Source: Acidimicrobiia bacterium (GTDB lineage: Bacteria > Actinomycetota > Acidimicrobiia > Spongiisociales > ZC4RG35). From it: 64,000 bases of DNA. The notes below the pieces were generated by a model. It saw only the letters and a list, made by a program, of their open reading frames with translations. It searched no databases and was not told where the DNA came from. Below are positions 17,789 to 26,799 of the stretch, in pieces. Position 1 is the stretch's first letter. Each line of letters starts with the position of its first letter. Position numbers and translations under genes: made by a program. The stretch spans positions 22,758-86,757 of the forward strand of contig JBGTCK010000058.1 of NCBI GenBank assembly GCA_041748855.1, written 5' to 3'.

Positions 17789-19506
17789 GCCGCCAGGTGG
17801 TGACGCTCGAGCGCATCTAGTGCGGCTTCAGGTCGGGTGCCGAGGTTCGTGCCAGGCAGCCCATCCACCGGGGCGAAATCTTCGGCGAACAGGCGCCCAC
17901 CGAATCCAAGGAAGAGACCCTTCTCCAGATGCCCGTTGAGCGCGGCGCCCAGCTCGCGCAGGCCGTTCAGGTCGCGAGCTGTGGAAAGCGACAGGAGCAG
18001 GGCATCGGCACCTGTAGTCTCCACGGTTTCGACGAGCGAGTCGACCGGCACTCCTCTTCCGATGTAGATCACCCGATAGCCGGCCTCGGCGACCAGCAGT
18101 GCCAGCGAGACGAGGCCCGTTTCGTGCTCATTGCCCGGGGCCGAGGCACATATCACGGTTTCTTCTCGAGTCGGCTGGTAGCGAGCCAGGAGCATCATCA
18201 GCCAGGAGTGCACAACCGAGGACGCGTGATGTTCCTGTGCAACGCTGATCTCACCTCGCTGCCAACGGTCACCCACTTCGTACATGACGGGCTGAACGAT
18301 CTCCTCGAGCACGCGTTTGGGAGGCTGGTCGAACGACAACCGATTGACACGATGGCGAGCATCCTCGGTCTGATAAGCAAGGAGCTCGTCAATCAGCTCG
18401 ATCCGCTCACGTTCGAAGTCGATGGGCTTCTGTCCAGAGGCCCCACCCGATTTGAGCAAGGTGATCCGGAAGATTGCCCCGGCGTCAGTTGGCACGTATT
18501 CGAGGATGCCTCCCATGTCTGATACCAATGAGCGGCCTATCGCCAACCCGATTCCCGTACTCGCGATTGAAGCACCAGCCGTTCCAGTGCTGAATGGTTG
18601 AAATACCCTCTCGATATCGCCAGGATCGATGCCCGACCCGTTGTCCCTGACGTCGATAATGGCTTGATCGTCCACTTCGTGAAGACGGATTCCTATTTCC
18701 GGCCCGCCGTATTTGACTGCATTCTGGAGGAGTCCTCTCACCACCTGCAAGAGTCTGCGGGTGTCGGCAACCACGACAGAGGGCGTGAGGCTGCCTTCGA
18801 TCGTCACGACCGCGTCGGGAAAGCTCTGCGCGAGCTTGATTATCGCTCCGGTCAATTCGGTTCCTGCGACTCCGGCGCTCTCGACCTGAAGTCGACCAGA
18901 TGCGGTGAGACCCACGGTGAGAAGATCATCAATCAAACTATCGAGCTCGGTCGCCTGGTCGACGATTATCGTGAGGAACTCTGCCAACTCCTCCTTATCG
19001 TTCTGCTCCAGGGCGATCTCGCCGAAGCCCCGAATCGAGGTCACGGGTTGCCGGAGCTCGTGAACCACGCCGCCGATCATCTCGAACGCTTGCGACTTCC
19101 CCTTCAACGCCTCCTCTAGAAGGACGCTGTAACGGTATTGACCGGTAAGGTCGAGGGCGAAGATAACCCAATGATCTGCATCGAGGCGACGCACCTCGAC
19201 TCTCCAAACGGTCACTGAATCATCGAGCTCCCATTTTCGGCCGTAGGCCAGTCCCTGGATACGTAACGGGAAGGTCTCCGAGGAGCCGGGGGCCATGTCG
19301 AGCAGCGTCTCCAACCATCCCTCGAAGTGGGCTCCGGGGAACACCTCGGCCGGGCTCTTGGCGATCATGTCATCCTGACTGCTCAGCTCGCAAGCCAGGC
19401 TGCTGGCCATCGTGGTGACCAACTGGTCGGAGCGTCGTTCGACCACGATGATCGCCAGAGGCGCATCTTCAACGGCCTTGGACAGCAGGCTTTCGTAGGA
19501 GGTCAA
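17785..19506 (-). CDS. Sensor histidine kinase with a C-terminal CarH-type cobalamin-binding module
   Basis: 573 aa with a TTG start after AAGGA. It has a PAS-like N-terminus, the H-box VVHELRQPVTSIRGF, the N-box LLQNAVKYG and G-boxes DNGSGI and STGIGLAIG. These are followed by GDRWQRGEISVAQEHH (Wx9EH) and APGNEHETG...RVIYIGRGVP...ADALLLS (a B12 Rossmann domain). Confidence 0.85.
   Translation of the reverse strand: MTSYESLLSKAVEDAPLAIIVVERRSDQLVTTMASSLACELSSQDDMIAKSPAEVFPGAHFEGWLETLLDMAPGSSETFPLRIQGLAYGRKWELDDSVTVWRVEVRRLDADHWVIFALDLTGQYRYSVLLEEALKGKSQAFEMIGGVVHELRQPVTSIRGFGEIALEQNDKEELAEFLTIIVDQATELDSLIDDLLTVGLTASGRLQVESAGVAGTELTGAIIKLAQSFPDAVVTIEGSLTPSVVVADTRRLLQVVRGLLQNAVKYGGPEIGIRLHEVDDQAIIDVRDNGSGIDPGDIERVFQPFSTGTAGASIASTGIGLAIGRSLVSDMGGILEYVPTDAGAIFRITLLKSGGASGQKPIDFERERIELIDELLAYQTEDARHRVNRLSFDQPPKRVLEEIVQPVMYEVGDRWQRGEISVAQEHHASSVVHSWLMMLLARYQPTREETVICASAPGNEHETGLVSLALLVAEAGYRVIYIGRGVPVDSLVETVETTGADALLLSLSTARDLNGLRELGAALNGHLEKGLFLGFGGRLFAEDFAPVDGLPGTNLGTRPEAALDALERHHLAA
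17788..18324 (-). other. B12-binding_2 helical bundle + B12-binding Rossmann module of the kinase (aa ~395-573)
   Basis: By my residue count the key residues are W415, E425, H426 and H461 (NEH461ETG). Confidence 0.7.
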
Positions 19507-19698
19507 GAACGATCCTTGGAGTAGGTCAAGATGATACTCCTATCGGCATGAATGCATCTTTGCTACAGGGCCTTCGGTGTTCCGGACTTCAACGCATGGT
19601 GTTCGAGTGTCGCCCTCATCCGAGCTTCTCAAACTTCCTTTGGTAACGACCGACTCGGCTCTAGCGAATGTGTCAAACCTAGCCGAATTCGTAGGCGG

Positions 19699-20490
19699 CT
19701 AGTCGGGGAGGACTTCGCCGGTTTTGTCGGGGCGTTGTTTGTGGACCCGGCCTTCCACTCCGCGCAGCGGCGTGCCGGTGCCGTGGCCGTAACGCACCTG
19801 GGTCATCTCGGCGAGGATGGATACCGCTACTTCTTGGGGGCTTTCCGCGCCGATATCGAGGCCAACCGGTCCGTGGATTCGGGCGATGTCCTCGTCGCTG
19901 AAGCCCTTCTCCTGGAGACGCTCCACCCTGAGACCGTGGGTTCGCCTGCTTCCCATCGCCCCGATATATCGGACCGGGCTCTTCAGGGCCGCTTCGATGA
20001 CCGGGTCCTCGAGACGCTTCTCGTGGGAGAGGACGATCACCCAGGTGCGGCGGTCCAGCGTCAGCTGATCGAGGATCTCCTCGGGACGGCCCACCAGGAC
20101 CTTCGATTCGGGGAACCGATCGTCGGTGGCGAACATGGCACGGGAGTCGGCGACCGTGGCGCGGTAGCCCATCTGGGTGGCGAATGACGCCAGTGATTGG
20201 GCAACGTGAACCGCTCCGAAGATGACCATCTCCTGGGGCGGGGCCAGCGTCTCGACGAACACCTCGTGGCCGCCGTATTGCATGGTCCGGTGCTGCTCGT
20301 GCTCCATCAGCGTTAGGGCATCGGCGACCACGTCTTCGGCAATCTCGTCGGGGACAGAGCCGGCAACGACCTCGCCGTCGGAGTCCACAACTGCTTTCCC
20401 GCCGACTTCAGGCCCGGCGGTGATGGTGACGACCGACCCGTATACCTCGCGATCGAGCAGGTCCTGCACTGCGTGAAGCGCGGTCACCAT
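19699..20490 (-). CDS. XdhC-family maturation protein, C-terminal part (second XdhC_CoxI-like segment + Rossmann domain)
   Basis: 263 aa from [12 protein letters not shown]... It contains ...[14 protein letters not shown]...[11 protein letters not shown].... Its ATG overlaps the stop of the 102-aa XdhC N-domain ORF (ATGGTGA). Confidence 0.8.
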   Translation of the reverse strand: MVTALHAVQDLLDREVYGSVVTITAGPEVGGKAVVDSDGEVVAGSVPDEIAEDVVADALTLMEHEQHRTMQYGGHEVFVETLAPPQEMVIFGAVHVAQSLASFATQMGYRATVADSRAMFATDDRFPESKVLVGRPEEILDQLTLDRRTWVIVLSHEKRLEDPVIEAALKSPVRYIGAMGSRRTHGLRVERLQEKGFSDEDIARIHGPVGLDIGAESPQEVAVSILAEMTQVRYGHGTGTPLRGVEGRVHKQRPDKTGEVLPD

Positions 20491-20792
20491 GGTTCGATGA
20501 ACACTTCGATGGTGCCACCGCAAGCCATCCCGACCTCGAATGCGTCCTCGTCGGCGATCCCGTAGGTCACCTTTTTCGGCTTTCCGGTCTCGATGACCTC
20601 CTGGGCGTGGAGGAAGACATCGTTCTCGACACATCCGCCGCTCACCGAGCCGGCCATGTCGCCTGCGTCGGAGACCATGAACTTGGAGCCTTCCGGGCGT
20701 GGCGCACTGCCATAAACCCGGATCACAGTGGCGACGGCAACCTTCTTGCCCTCGTCGGTCCAGGTCTTCCACGTTTCCATCTGGTTTCTCAT
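20484..20792 (-). CDS. XdhC-family protein, stand-alone N-terminal XdhC_CoxI domain
   Basis: 102 aa: ...[23 protein letters not shown]...GSVSGGCVE...[12 protein letters not shown]. The start overlaps the coxE stop. Confidence 0.8.
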   Translation of the reverse strand: MRNQMETWKTWTDEGKKVAVATVIRVYGSAPRPEGSKFMVSDAGDMAGSVSGGCVENDVFLHAQEVIETGKPKKVTYGIADEDAFEVGMACGGTIEVFIEPW

Positions 20793-21913
20793 GCTCTGAC
20801 TCCAGCTATCGAATCGAGTATCCGTACCACTCCCTGGAAGTCACTAACGCTAGCGGCGGGGAGCAGATGATCGACGTGGGGGAGCACTGCCTGCATGCCT
20901 CTGGTCAGCGGTTCATAGGTCTCCCGTGCGGCCAGCGGATTGAGCCAGATCACCTGATGCACCGAGCGCGACAGCCGGGCCATCTCAGTTCGGAGCAGTA
21001 CGGGGTCGCCGCAGTCCCAACCGTCGGAGAGGATGAGCAAGACGGGCCCGCCCCGGGCAAGTCTCCGGCTCCAGCGGCGGTTCCACTCGGCGAGAGCCTC
21101 GCCGATCTGGGTGCCTCCCGACCATCCGGTCACCCGGGCAGCGGCACTTTGCAGCGCCGTCTTCGTGTCTCGCCGTCGCATCTCTTCGGTGATCCGACTG
21201 AGGTGGGTGGAGAAGGTGAAGATCTCGACCTCGCGCAGCCGACGTTGGGCGGAATGGGCGAAGACGAGAAAGATGTCCGAGTAGGCCTCCATCGACCCGG
21301 AGATGTCAGCGATGATCACCAGAGGGCGTTGCTTGCGGGTGCGCTTCTTCCAGCTCATCAACATCATGTCGCCTTCGGGACCGATCGCTCGCCGCAGGGT
21401 GCGCCTCATATCAGGCCGCCTTCCATGATTCGACCTTGCCCAACGCCGGGTCCGGTAGTCGGTCGGGTGCCAGAGCATGGTCATGATCAACCGCCTCGCC
21501 TCTGCAAGATCGTCGTCGCTCAATTCGGCGAAGTCGCGCCGTGTGATCATCTCGACGGCCGAGGCACCGGAACGTTCGGCTGCACTGTCGAACTCCTCGG
21601 AGCCCACAGACCCGTGTAGCCCCAGCGCCGCTCCGCTCGAGGATTCGGTCTTGTCGGGGTTGCGTGACACCAGCATCGGCGGGGACAGCCTGTGGAAGAA
21701 GCGTTCGAACTCCTCTTCGAAGACCGGAATCTGCGCCGGGTCGGTGACCGTCAACGCCTGCAACGAGGCTCGGGCCTGTGACTTGCTGGCGATGTCGACC
21801 AACTGCAACGAACGGGCCATATCCGCGGTCTGGTCTGCCGTGACCGCAAGCCCCCGACCGCGCAGGGTGCCTGCGAACTGGCTCAATTGGTCGATGAGCG
21901 TTGCAGCACTCAT
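20789..21913 (-). CDS. coxE: VWA-domain CO dehydrogenase maturation protein (CoxE-like)
   Basis: 374 aa with a VWA MIDAS-type segment ([10 protein letters not shown]). It sits directly after the MoxR ATPase with a 4-nt overlap. Confidence 0.85.
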   Translation of the reverse strand: MSAATLIDQLSQFAGTLRGRGLAVTADQTADMARSLQLVDIASKSQARASLQALTVTDPAQIPVFEEEFERFFHRLSPPMLVSRNPDKTESSSGAALGLHGSVGSEEFDSAAERSGASAVEMITRRDFAELSDDDLAEARRLIMTMLWHPTDYRTRRWARSNHGRRPDMRRTLRRAIGPEGDMMLMSWKKRTRKQRPLVIIADISGSMEAYSDIFLVFAHSAQRRLREVEIFTFSTHLSRITEEMRRRDTKTALQSAAARVTGWSGGTQIGEALAEWNRRWSRRLARGGPVLLILSDGWDCGDPVLLRTEMARLSRSVHQVIWLNPLAARETYEPLTRGMQAVLPHVDHLLPAASVSDFQGVVRILDSIAGVRA

Positions 21914-22788
21914 CCGACCAGGGATTCGACCCCCGCGCTCCTCACCAGGTCGATGTCGTCTTTGTACTTGAGAAACACGCCAAGTGTGGACTCGATGACG
22001 GGCACCGAGAGCTCGCCTGCTTGAAGCAGCCGGAGCGACTCCGCCCAGTCGAGTGACTCGGCAACACCGGGTGGCTTGAACAGGTCGACGTTGCGAAGGC
22101 GGCTCATCGCCTCGCTCACCGAGTCGGCGAGGGCTGCATTCAACTCGGGGACCTTGCGCTGGATGATTGCTGACTCCCGCTCGGGTGTCGGATAGTCGAT
22201 CCAGTGGTAGACACAGCGCCGCTTGAGGGCGTCGTGGATTTCACGGGTCCGGTTGGAGGTGAGCACGACGATCGGCGGCTCTTCTGCCTTAATGGTGCCA
22301 ATCTCGGGTATCGACACCTGGAAGTCGGACAGCAACTCGAGGAGAAACGCCTCGAACTCCTCGTCGGCCCGGTCGAGTTCGTCGATCAGCAATACCGGCC
22401 GGCTGCCGGCGGTGCTCGCTTCGATCGCCCGAAGGAGAGGGCGAGCGATCAAGTACTCCCGGCTCATGATGTCCTCGGGGGTGGCGTCGGAGCCTTTCCC
22501 GCTGGCTTCGAGAAGCCGGATGGCCATCATCTGTCGGGCATAGTCCCACTCGTAGAGGGCCTGGCCGACGTCGAGGCCTTCGTAACACTGCAACCTGATC
22601 AGCTCTGAACCTGACATCAGGGCGAGGACTTTGGCCACCTCGGTTTTACCGACACCGGCCTCCCCTTCGAGGAACAGCGGCCTCCCCAGCTGCACCGCGA
22701 TATGAATGGCGACCGTGAGGCTCTCATCACTGAAATAGTCGAACTCGTCGAGCTTTCCGGCGAGGTCTTCGACCGTGTTAGGAATCAC
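21910..22788 (-). CDS. coxD: MoxR-type AAA+ ATPase (CoxD-like)
   Basis: 292 aa with Walker A GEAGVGKT and Walker B VLLIDELDRA. Confidence 0.9.
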   Translation of the reverse strand: MIPNTVEDLAGKLDEFDYFSDESLTVAIHIAVQLGRPLFLEGEAGVGKTEVAKVLALMSGSELIRLQCYEGLDVGQALYEWDYARQMMAIRLLEASGKGSDATPEDIMSREYLIARPLLRAIEASTAGSRPVLLIDELDRADEEFEAFLLELLSDFQVSIPEIGTIKAEEPPIVVLTSNRTREIHDALKRRCVYHWIDYPTPERESAIIQRKVPELNAALADSVSEAMSRLRNVDLFKPPGVAESLDWAESLRLLQAGELSVPVIESTLGVFLKYKDDIDLVRSAGVESLVG

Positions 22789-22797
22789 AGATCAAGC

Positions 22798-22935
22798 CTA
22801 AATCGCCTCAGTGGCAAGAAACGAAGTGGGGTCCTTCTCGAAGGCCGTCTTGCAGCCCGGGGCGCAGAAGTAGTAGGTCTCGCCTTCGTGCTCGCTGATC
22901 CAGCGGGCGTTGGAGATGTCGACCTCCATCTCACA
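22798..22935 (-). other. TRASH/YHS domain segment of the XdhC fusion
   Basis: By my count the first Cys is at residue 299. The motif C-X22-C-X3-C plus YYFC is typical of YHS/TRASH domains. Confidence 0.7.
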
Positions 22936-23829
22936 CACCGGGTCGATAGCGGTGTGCGGTGGCTCGGTTGGAGCGATCCCTCCGTTCATCTTCCCCGCTG
23001 CGTGCATCGAGACGAGTTCTGCGATGATGGCCACACCGATCTCGCGGTGCTGGATGGCACCGAGGTCGATCCCCGCCGGTGCCGTGATCCTGGCGAGCTG
23101 TTCGTCGGAGACACCACGGTCTTTGAGATAACCGAGGACCGTCTCCGCACGGCGCTTCGACGCCACCAGGCCGATGTACCCGGCGGCTGTCGCCAGGGCC
23201 GCCTCGAGGGCGGGCTCGTCGTAATGGCCCTGGGTGGCGACCACAATCGCATCGCCCGACCCGACATCAGCAGGCATCTTCAAACTGGCGACTACCGCAG
23301 AGGCTCCGGGATGATCGGAAGGGTCGCCGCCGTCGTCGACAACAGTGACCTGCCAGCCCAGCGCAGACGCCAGGTTGGTGAGAGTCTTCACGGCCGGGGA
23401 TCTGCCCACAGAAACGACGTGTTGTCTCGGGAGCATGGGTTCCAGATACACCTCCAGTGCGCCTTCGCTGGTGCAAGAAATCGGCACCGACACCACGTCG
23501 GGCCGGTCGAGTTCCCGGATGTCGTCGGGTGTGCCCAGGAAGAGGAGCCGGGGTTGGCCGTCGGCCATAGCCTCTCGTGCCTCCCTGATCACCACAGGTT
23601 CGGCACAGGCGCCGCCGATCCAACCGGTGACCTTCCCGGCTGCGTCGATGATCGCCGAAGACCCCCGCTTGCCCGAGGACGGACCTCGGGCCCAGACGAC
23701 CGTAGCGACGAGAAACGGCTGGTGGCGGCTGCTCATTTCAGCGGCCAGCTCCAGCAGTTCGGGCTTCATCAGTGGTCCGTCGCTGAAATAGGGCGAGGGT
23801 GTCTCCGAGTCATCGGCGTCATCTGGCAA
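22798..23829 (-). CDS. XdhC-family protein fused to a C-terminal TRASH/YHS metal-binding domain
   Basis: 343 aa. The XdhC segments are FLVATVVWARGPSSGKRGS...GGACAEP and the Rossmann segment is VVSVGRSPAV...YIGLVASKRR. The tail is DPVCEMEVDISNARWISEHEGETYYFCAPGCKTAFEKDP (C-X22-C-X3-C). An alternative start is M21, at 23769. Confidence 0.8.
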   Translation of the reverse strand: MPDDADDSETPSPYFSDGPLMKPELLELAAEMSSRHQPFLVATVVWARGPSSGKRGSSAIIDAAGKVTGWIGGACAEPVVIREAREAMADGQPRLLFLGTPDDIRELDRPDVVSVPISCTSEGALEVYLEPMLPRQHVVSVGRSPAVKTLTNLASALGWQVTVVDDGGDPSDHPGASAVVASLKMPADVGSGDAIVVATQGHYDEPALEAALATAAGYIGLVASKRRAETVLGYLKDRGVSDEQLARITAPAGIDLGAIQHREIGVAIIAELVSMHAAGKMNGGIAPTEPPHTAIDPVCEMEVDISNARWISEHEGETYYFCAPGCKTAFEKDPTSFLATEAI

Positions 23830-23938
23830 GAAGAAAAGCGCAGTCGCAGCCGGAAGCTGCGGCGAGCATTTTCGACGCCGCCAGGGATGTCGCGGGCCGA
23901 AGAGACCCCGTCTGTATTTCTGCGACGGGCCACCAGCG

Positions 23939-26326
23939 CTATCCCTGTCCGGACTCTTTCATCGCATCCCAGACCCGATCGGCCGACACCGGCATGTCGA
24001 TGTTGGTGATCCCGAGGTGTGACAGCGCGTCGATGACTGCGTTGACAAAGGCCGCCGGCGAGCCCACCGTGGCCGATTCGCCGACTCCCTTGGCGCCAAT
24101 CGGGTGGTGCGGTGACGGGGTCACCGTCGCACCGAGCTCGAAGCGGGGGGTCTCCCAGGCCGTGGGCACCAGGTAGTCCATGAACGTTGAGCCAATGCAG
24201 TTGCCGGCATCGTCGAACGATATGTGCTGCATCGACGACATCGCGTAACCCTCGGCTAGCCCTCCGTGGATCTGGCCCGCGACGATCATCGGGTTGATCC
24301 GCACCCCGCAGTCGTCAACAGCGACCATCCTGCGCACCTTCCACTGACCGGTCCCCGGGTCGACGTCGACGACAACGATGTAGCTGCCGAACGGATAGGT
24401 CATGTTGGGCGGGTCGTAGTAGTTGACACCTTCGAGGCCGGGCTCGATCCCTTCAGGCACATTGGTATACGCAGCGAAGGCAATGTCCTGGATGGTCACC
24501 GAGCTCTCCGGGTCGCCCTTGACGTAGAACTTGCCGACCTCCCACTCGAGATCGTCCTCCGACGCCTCGAGGAGATGGGCAGCGATCTTCTTTGCCTTGG
24601 CCCTGATGCTCCGTGAGATCATCGCGGTGGCGGCACCGGCGACAGGAGTGCTCCTGGAGGCATAGGTCCCCAACCCGTATGGCGTGTTGTCGGTGTCTCC
24701 CTCCATCACCTTGATGTCGGTGGATGGGATCCCGAGCTCTTCGGCGACGATCTGGGCGAACGTCGTCTCATGGCCCTGACCCTGGGACTTGACCCCGAGT
24801 TTGAGGATTGCCTTGCCCGTGGGGTGGATCCTCAGCTCGGCGGAGTCGAACATTCGCAGACCGAGGATGTCGAAGTCGTCACCGTGTCCGGCGCCGACCA
24901 CTTCGGTGAACGAGGCGATGCCGATGCCGACCAGTTTTCCCTCCTTGAGCGCTTCCTCCTTCTCCTTCTGGATGTCGTCGTAGCCGACCATGTCCATCGC
25001 CAGTTTCAACGCTGTCTCGTAGTCACCTGAGTCGTAGACGAATCCCGTTGGCGAGAGGTAGGGGAACTGGTCCTTCTTGATGAAGTTGTTCATCCGGAAC
25101 TCGGCCGGGTCGATACCCAGCTCGTAAGCGGCATTCTGGACGAGCCGTTCGATCAAATACGACGCCTCCGTAACCCGGAACGAGCACCGGTAGGCAACAC
25201 CTCCCGGTGCCTTGTTGGTGTACGCGCCTTTGGTCGAGATATGCGCAACCGGGTAGTCGTAGGAGCCGGTGACGATGTGAAACAGGCCAGCTTTGAATTT
25301 GGTGGGTTGGGCATCGGAGAAGAACGCACCTTGATCGGAGAGCATCTCCACCTTGAGCCCGAGGATCTTGCCCTCGTTGGTCACCGCCAGCTCGCCGTGC
25401 ATGTGATAGTCGCGGCCGAAACCTGTCGAAATCAGGTTCTCGGTGCGGGTCTCGACCCATTTCACCGGCTGTCCGATCACCAGCGAGGCCGCGGTCGCCA
25501 CCACATACCCTGGGTAGACCGGCACCTTGTTCCCGAACCCGCCCCCGAGGTCGGGAGAGATTATCCTGATGTTTTGCTCGGGGAGCCCGGCGACCAGAGC
25601 GAACACCGTCCGGTGGGCGTGGGGGGCCTGCGACGTCAGGTAGAGCGTCGCCTGGCCCGTTGCCGAGTTGACGTCGGCGACGATCCCACAGGTCTCCAAC
25701 GGGGCGGGGTGCGAACGCGGGTAGAAGGTGTCGAGTTTGACCACCCTGTCGGCGGTAGCGAAGGCGGCGTCGGTAGCGGCCTTGTCACCCGATTCCCATT
25801 CGTAGACCAGGTTGGAGTTCTGCCCCTCCTTATCGTCGCGGATGATCGGAGCGTCGGCTTCCAGCGAGCGCTGCGGGGTGACGATCGGTTCGAGGTCTTC
25901 GTACTCGACCTGGATCCGGTCGGCCGCGTCCTGGGCGATGTAGCGATCGGTGGCGATGACCGCCGCTATCTCCTGTCCCTGGAAACGCACCTTGTCGGTC
26001 GCGAGCACCGCCTGGGTGTCGCCGCTCATCGTCGGCATCCAGGCGAGGTTGTAGCCGGCTAGCAACTCGCCGGTCACCACCGCTATCACACCTTCGACCG
26101 CCTCAGCTTCAGAGGTGTCGATGGAGATGATCCGGGCGTGGGCCAGGGGGCTGCGGTGGATCGCCATGTGGAGCATCCCGGGAAGGATGATGTCATCGAC
26201 GTAGTTACCCCTTCCCTCGAGGAATCTCGCATCCTCGACGCGTTTGCGGCTGTGGCCGAGGCCACCTACTTCGAATGTGGTCTTCGGGGAGTCCTGGGTT
26301 GTTGGGGTGTCCTGGGTCGTTGTCAT
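23939..26326 (-). CDS. coxL: Aerobic CO dehydrogenase large (molybdopterin) subunit, form I
   Basis: The ORF 23939..26404 is trimmed to MTTTQDTP..., so that the ATG overlaps the coxS stop (ATGA). The active-site loop GGVAYRCSFRV is present, coded at about 25074..25094. Confidence 0.92.
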   Translation of the reverse strand: MTTTQDTPTTQDSPKTTFEVGGLGHSRKRVEDARFLEGRGNYVDDIILPGMLHMAIHRSPLAHARIISIDTSEAEAVEGVIAVVTGELLAGYNLAWMPTMSGDTQAVLATDKVRFQGQEIAAVIATDRYIAQDAADRIQVEYEDLEPIVTPQRSLEADAPIIRDDKEGQNSNLVYEWESGDKAATDAAFATADRVVKLDTFYPRSHPAPLETCGIVADVNSATGQATLYLTSQAPHAHRTVFALVAGLPEQNIRIISPDLGGGFGNKVPVYPGYVVATAASLVIGQPVKWVETRTENLISTGFGRDYHMHGELAVTNEGKILGLKVEMLSDQGAFFSDAQPTKFKAGLFHIVTGSYDYPVAHISTKGAYTNKAPGGVAYRCSFRVTEASYLIERLVQNAAYELGIDPAEFRMNNFIKKDQFPYLSPTGFVYDSGDYETALKLAMDMVGYDDIQKEKEEALKEGKLVGIGIASFTEVVGAGHGDDFDILGLRMFDSAELRIHPTGKAILKLGVKSQGQGHETTFAQIVAEELGIPSTDIKVMEGDTDNTPYGLGTYASRSTPVAGAATAMISRSIRAKAKKIAAHLLEASEDDLEWEVGKFYVKGDPESSVTIQDIAFAAYTNVPEGIEPGLEGVNYYDPPNMTYPFGSYIVVVDVDPGTGQWKVRRMVAVDDCGVRINPMIVAGQIHGGLAEGYAMSSMQHISFDDAGNCIGSTFMDYLVPTAWETPRFELGATVTPSPHHPIGAKGVGESATVGSPAAFVNAVIDALSHLGITNIDMPVSADRVWDAMKESGQG

Positions 26327-26799
26327 GCTGACACCTCTTCGTTGTTCATGGCGGCTGCGGTCTGGATCGAGTTGACGATGTTCATGTATCCGGTGCAACG
26401 GCACAGGTTTCCCGATATTGCCCAGCGGATCTCCTCATCCGTGGGGTCCGGGTTTTCTTCGAGGAATGCGGAGCCGACGAGCATCATCGCCGGTGTGCAG
26501 AACCCGCACTGGAGCCCGTGCTCCTCGTGGAATGCCTTCTGCATGTTGGACAGCTCGCCATTCTGCTTGAGGCCCTCCACCGTGGTGATGCTGCGCCCGT
26601 CCGCCTGAACGGCGAACATGGTGCACGACTTCACGGGAGTGCCTTCGACGAGGATCGTGCACACCCCGCAGCTGGTGGTGTCACAACCGATGTGGGTACC
26701 GGTGAGGCCGAGTGTCGTGCGGATGAAGTCGACCAGAAGCAGGCGGGGCTCGACCTCTCCAGACCGGTTAGTGCCGTTGATGCTGACGGTTACCTTCAT
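26323..26799 (-). CDS. coxS: CO dehydrogenase small subunit (2x [2Fe-2S])
   Basis: 158 aa with CDTTSCGVCT and CGFCTPAM...CRCTGY cysteine clusters. Confidence 0.95.
   Translation of the reverse strand: MKVTVSINGTNRSGEVEPRLLLVDFIRTTLGLTGTHIGCDTTSCGVCTILVEGTPVKSCTMFAVQADGRSITTVEGLKQNGELSNMQKAFHEEHGLQCGFCTPAMMLVGSAFLEENPDPTDEEIRWAISGNLCRCTGYMNIVNSIQTAAAMNNEEVSA

Noticed and set aside
19507-19698. tRNA, small RNA or a clear sigma-70 promoter in the AT-richer spacer upstream of the kinase gene. The other spacers over 100 nt were also checked for tRNAs.
   Set aside because: No cloverleaf-compatible sequence was found. A TTGACA hexamer and a TATCAT hexamer are present but not at a compatible spacing. 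Only a 6-bp hairpin (GGAGTA...TACTCC) lies near the RBS, which is too weak to call.
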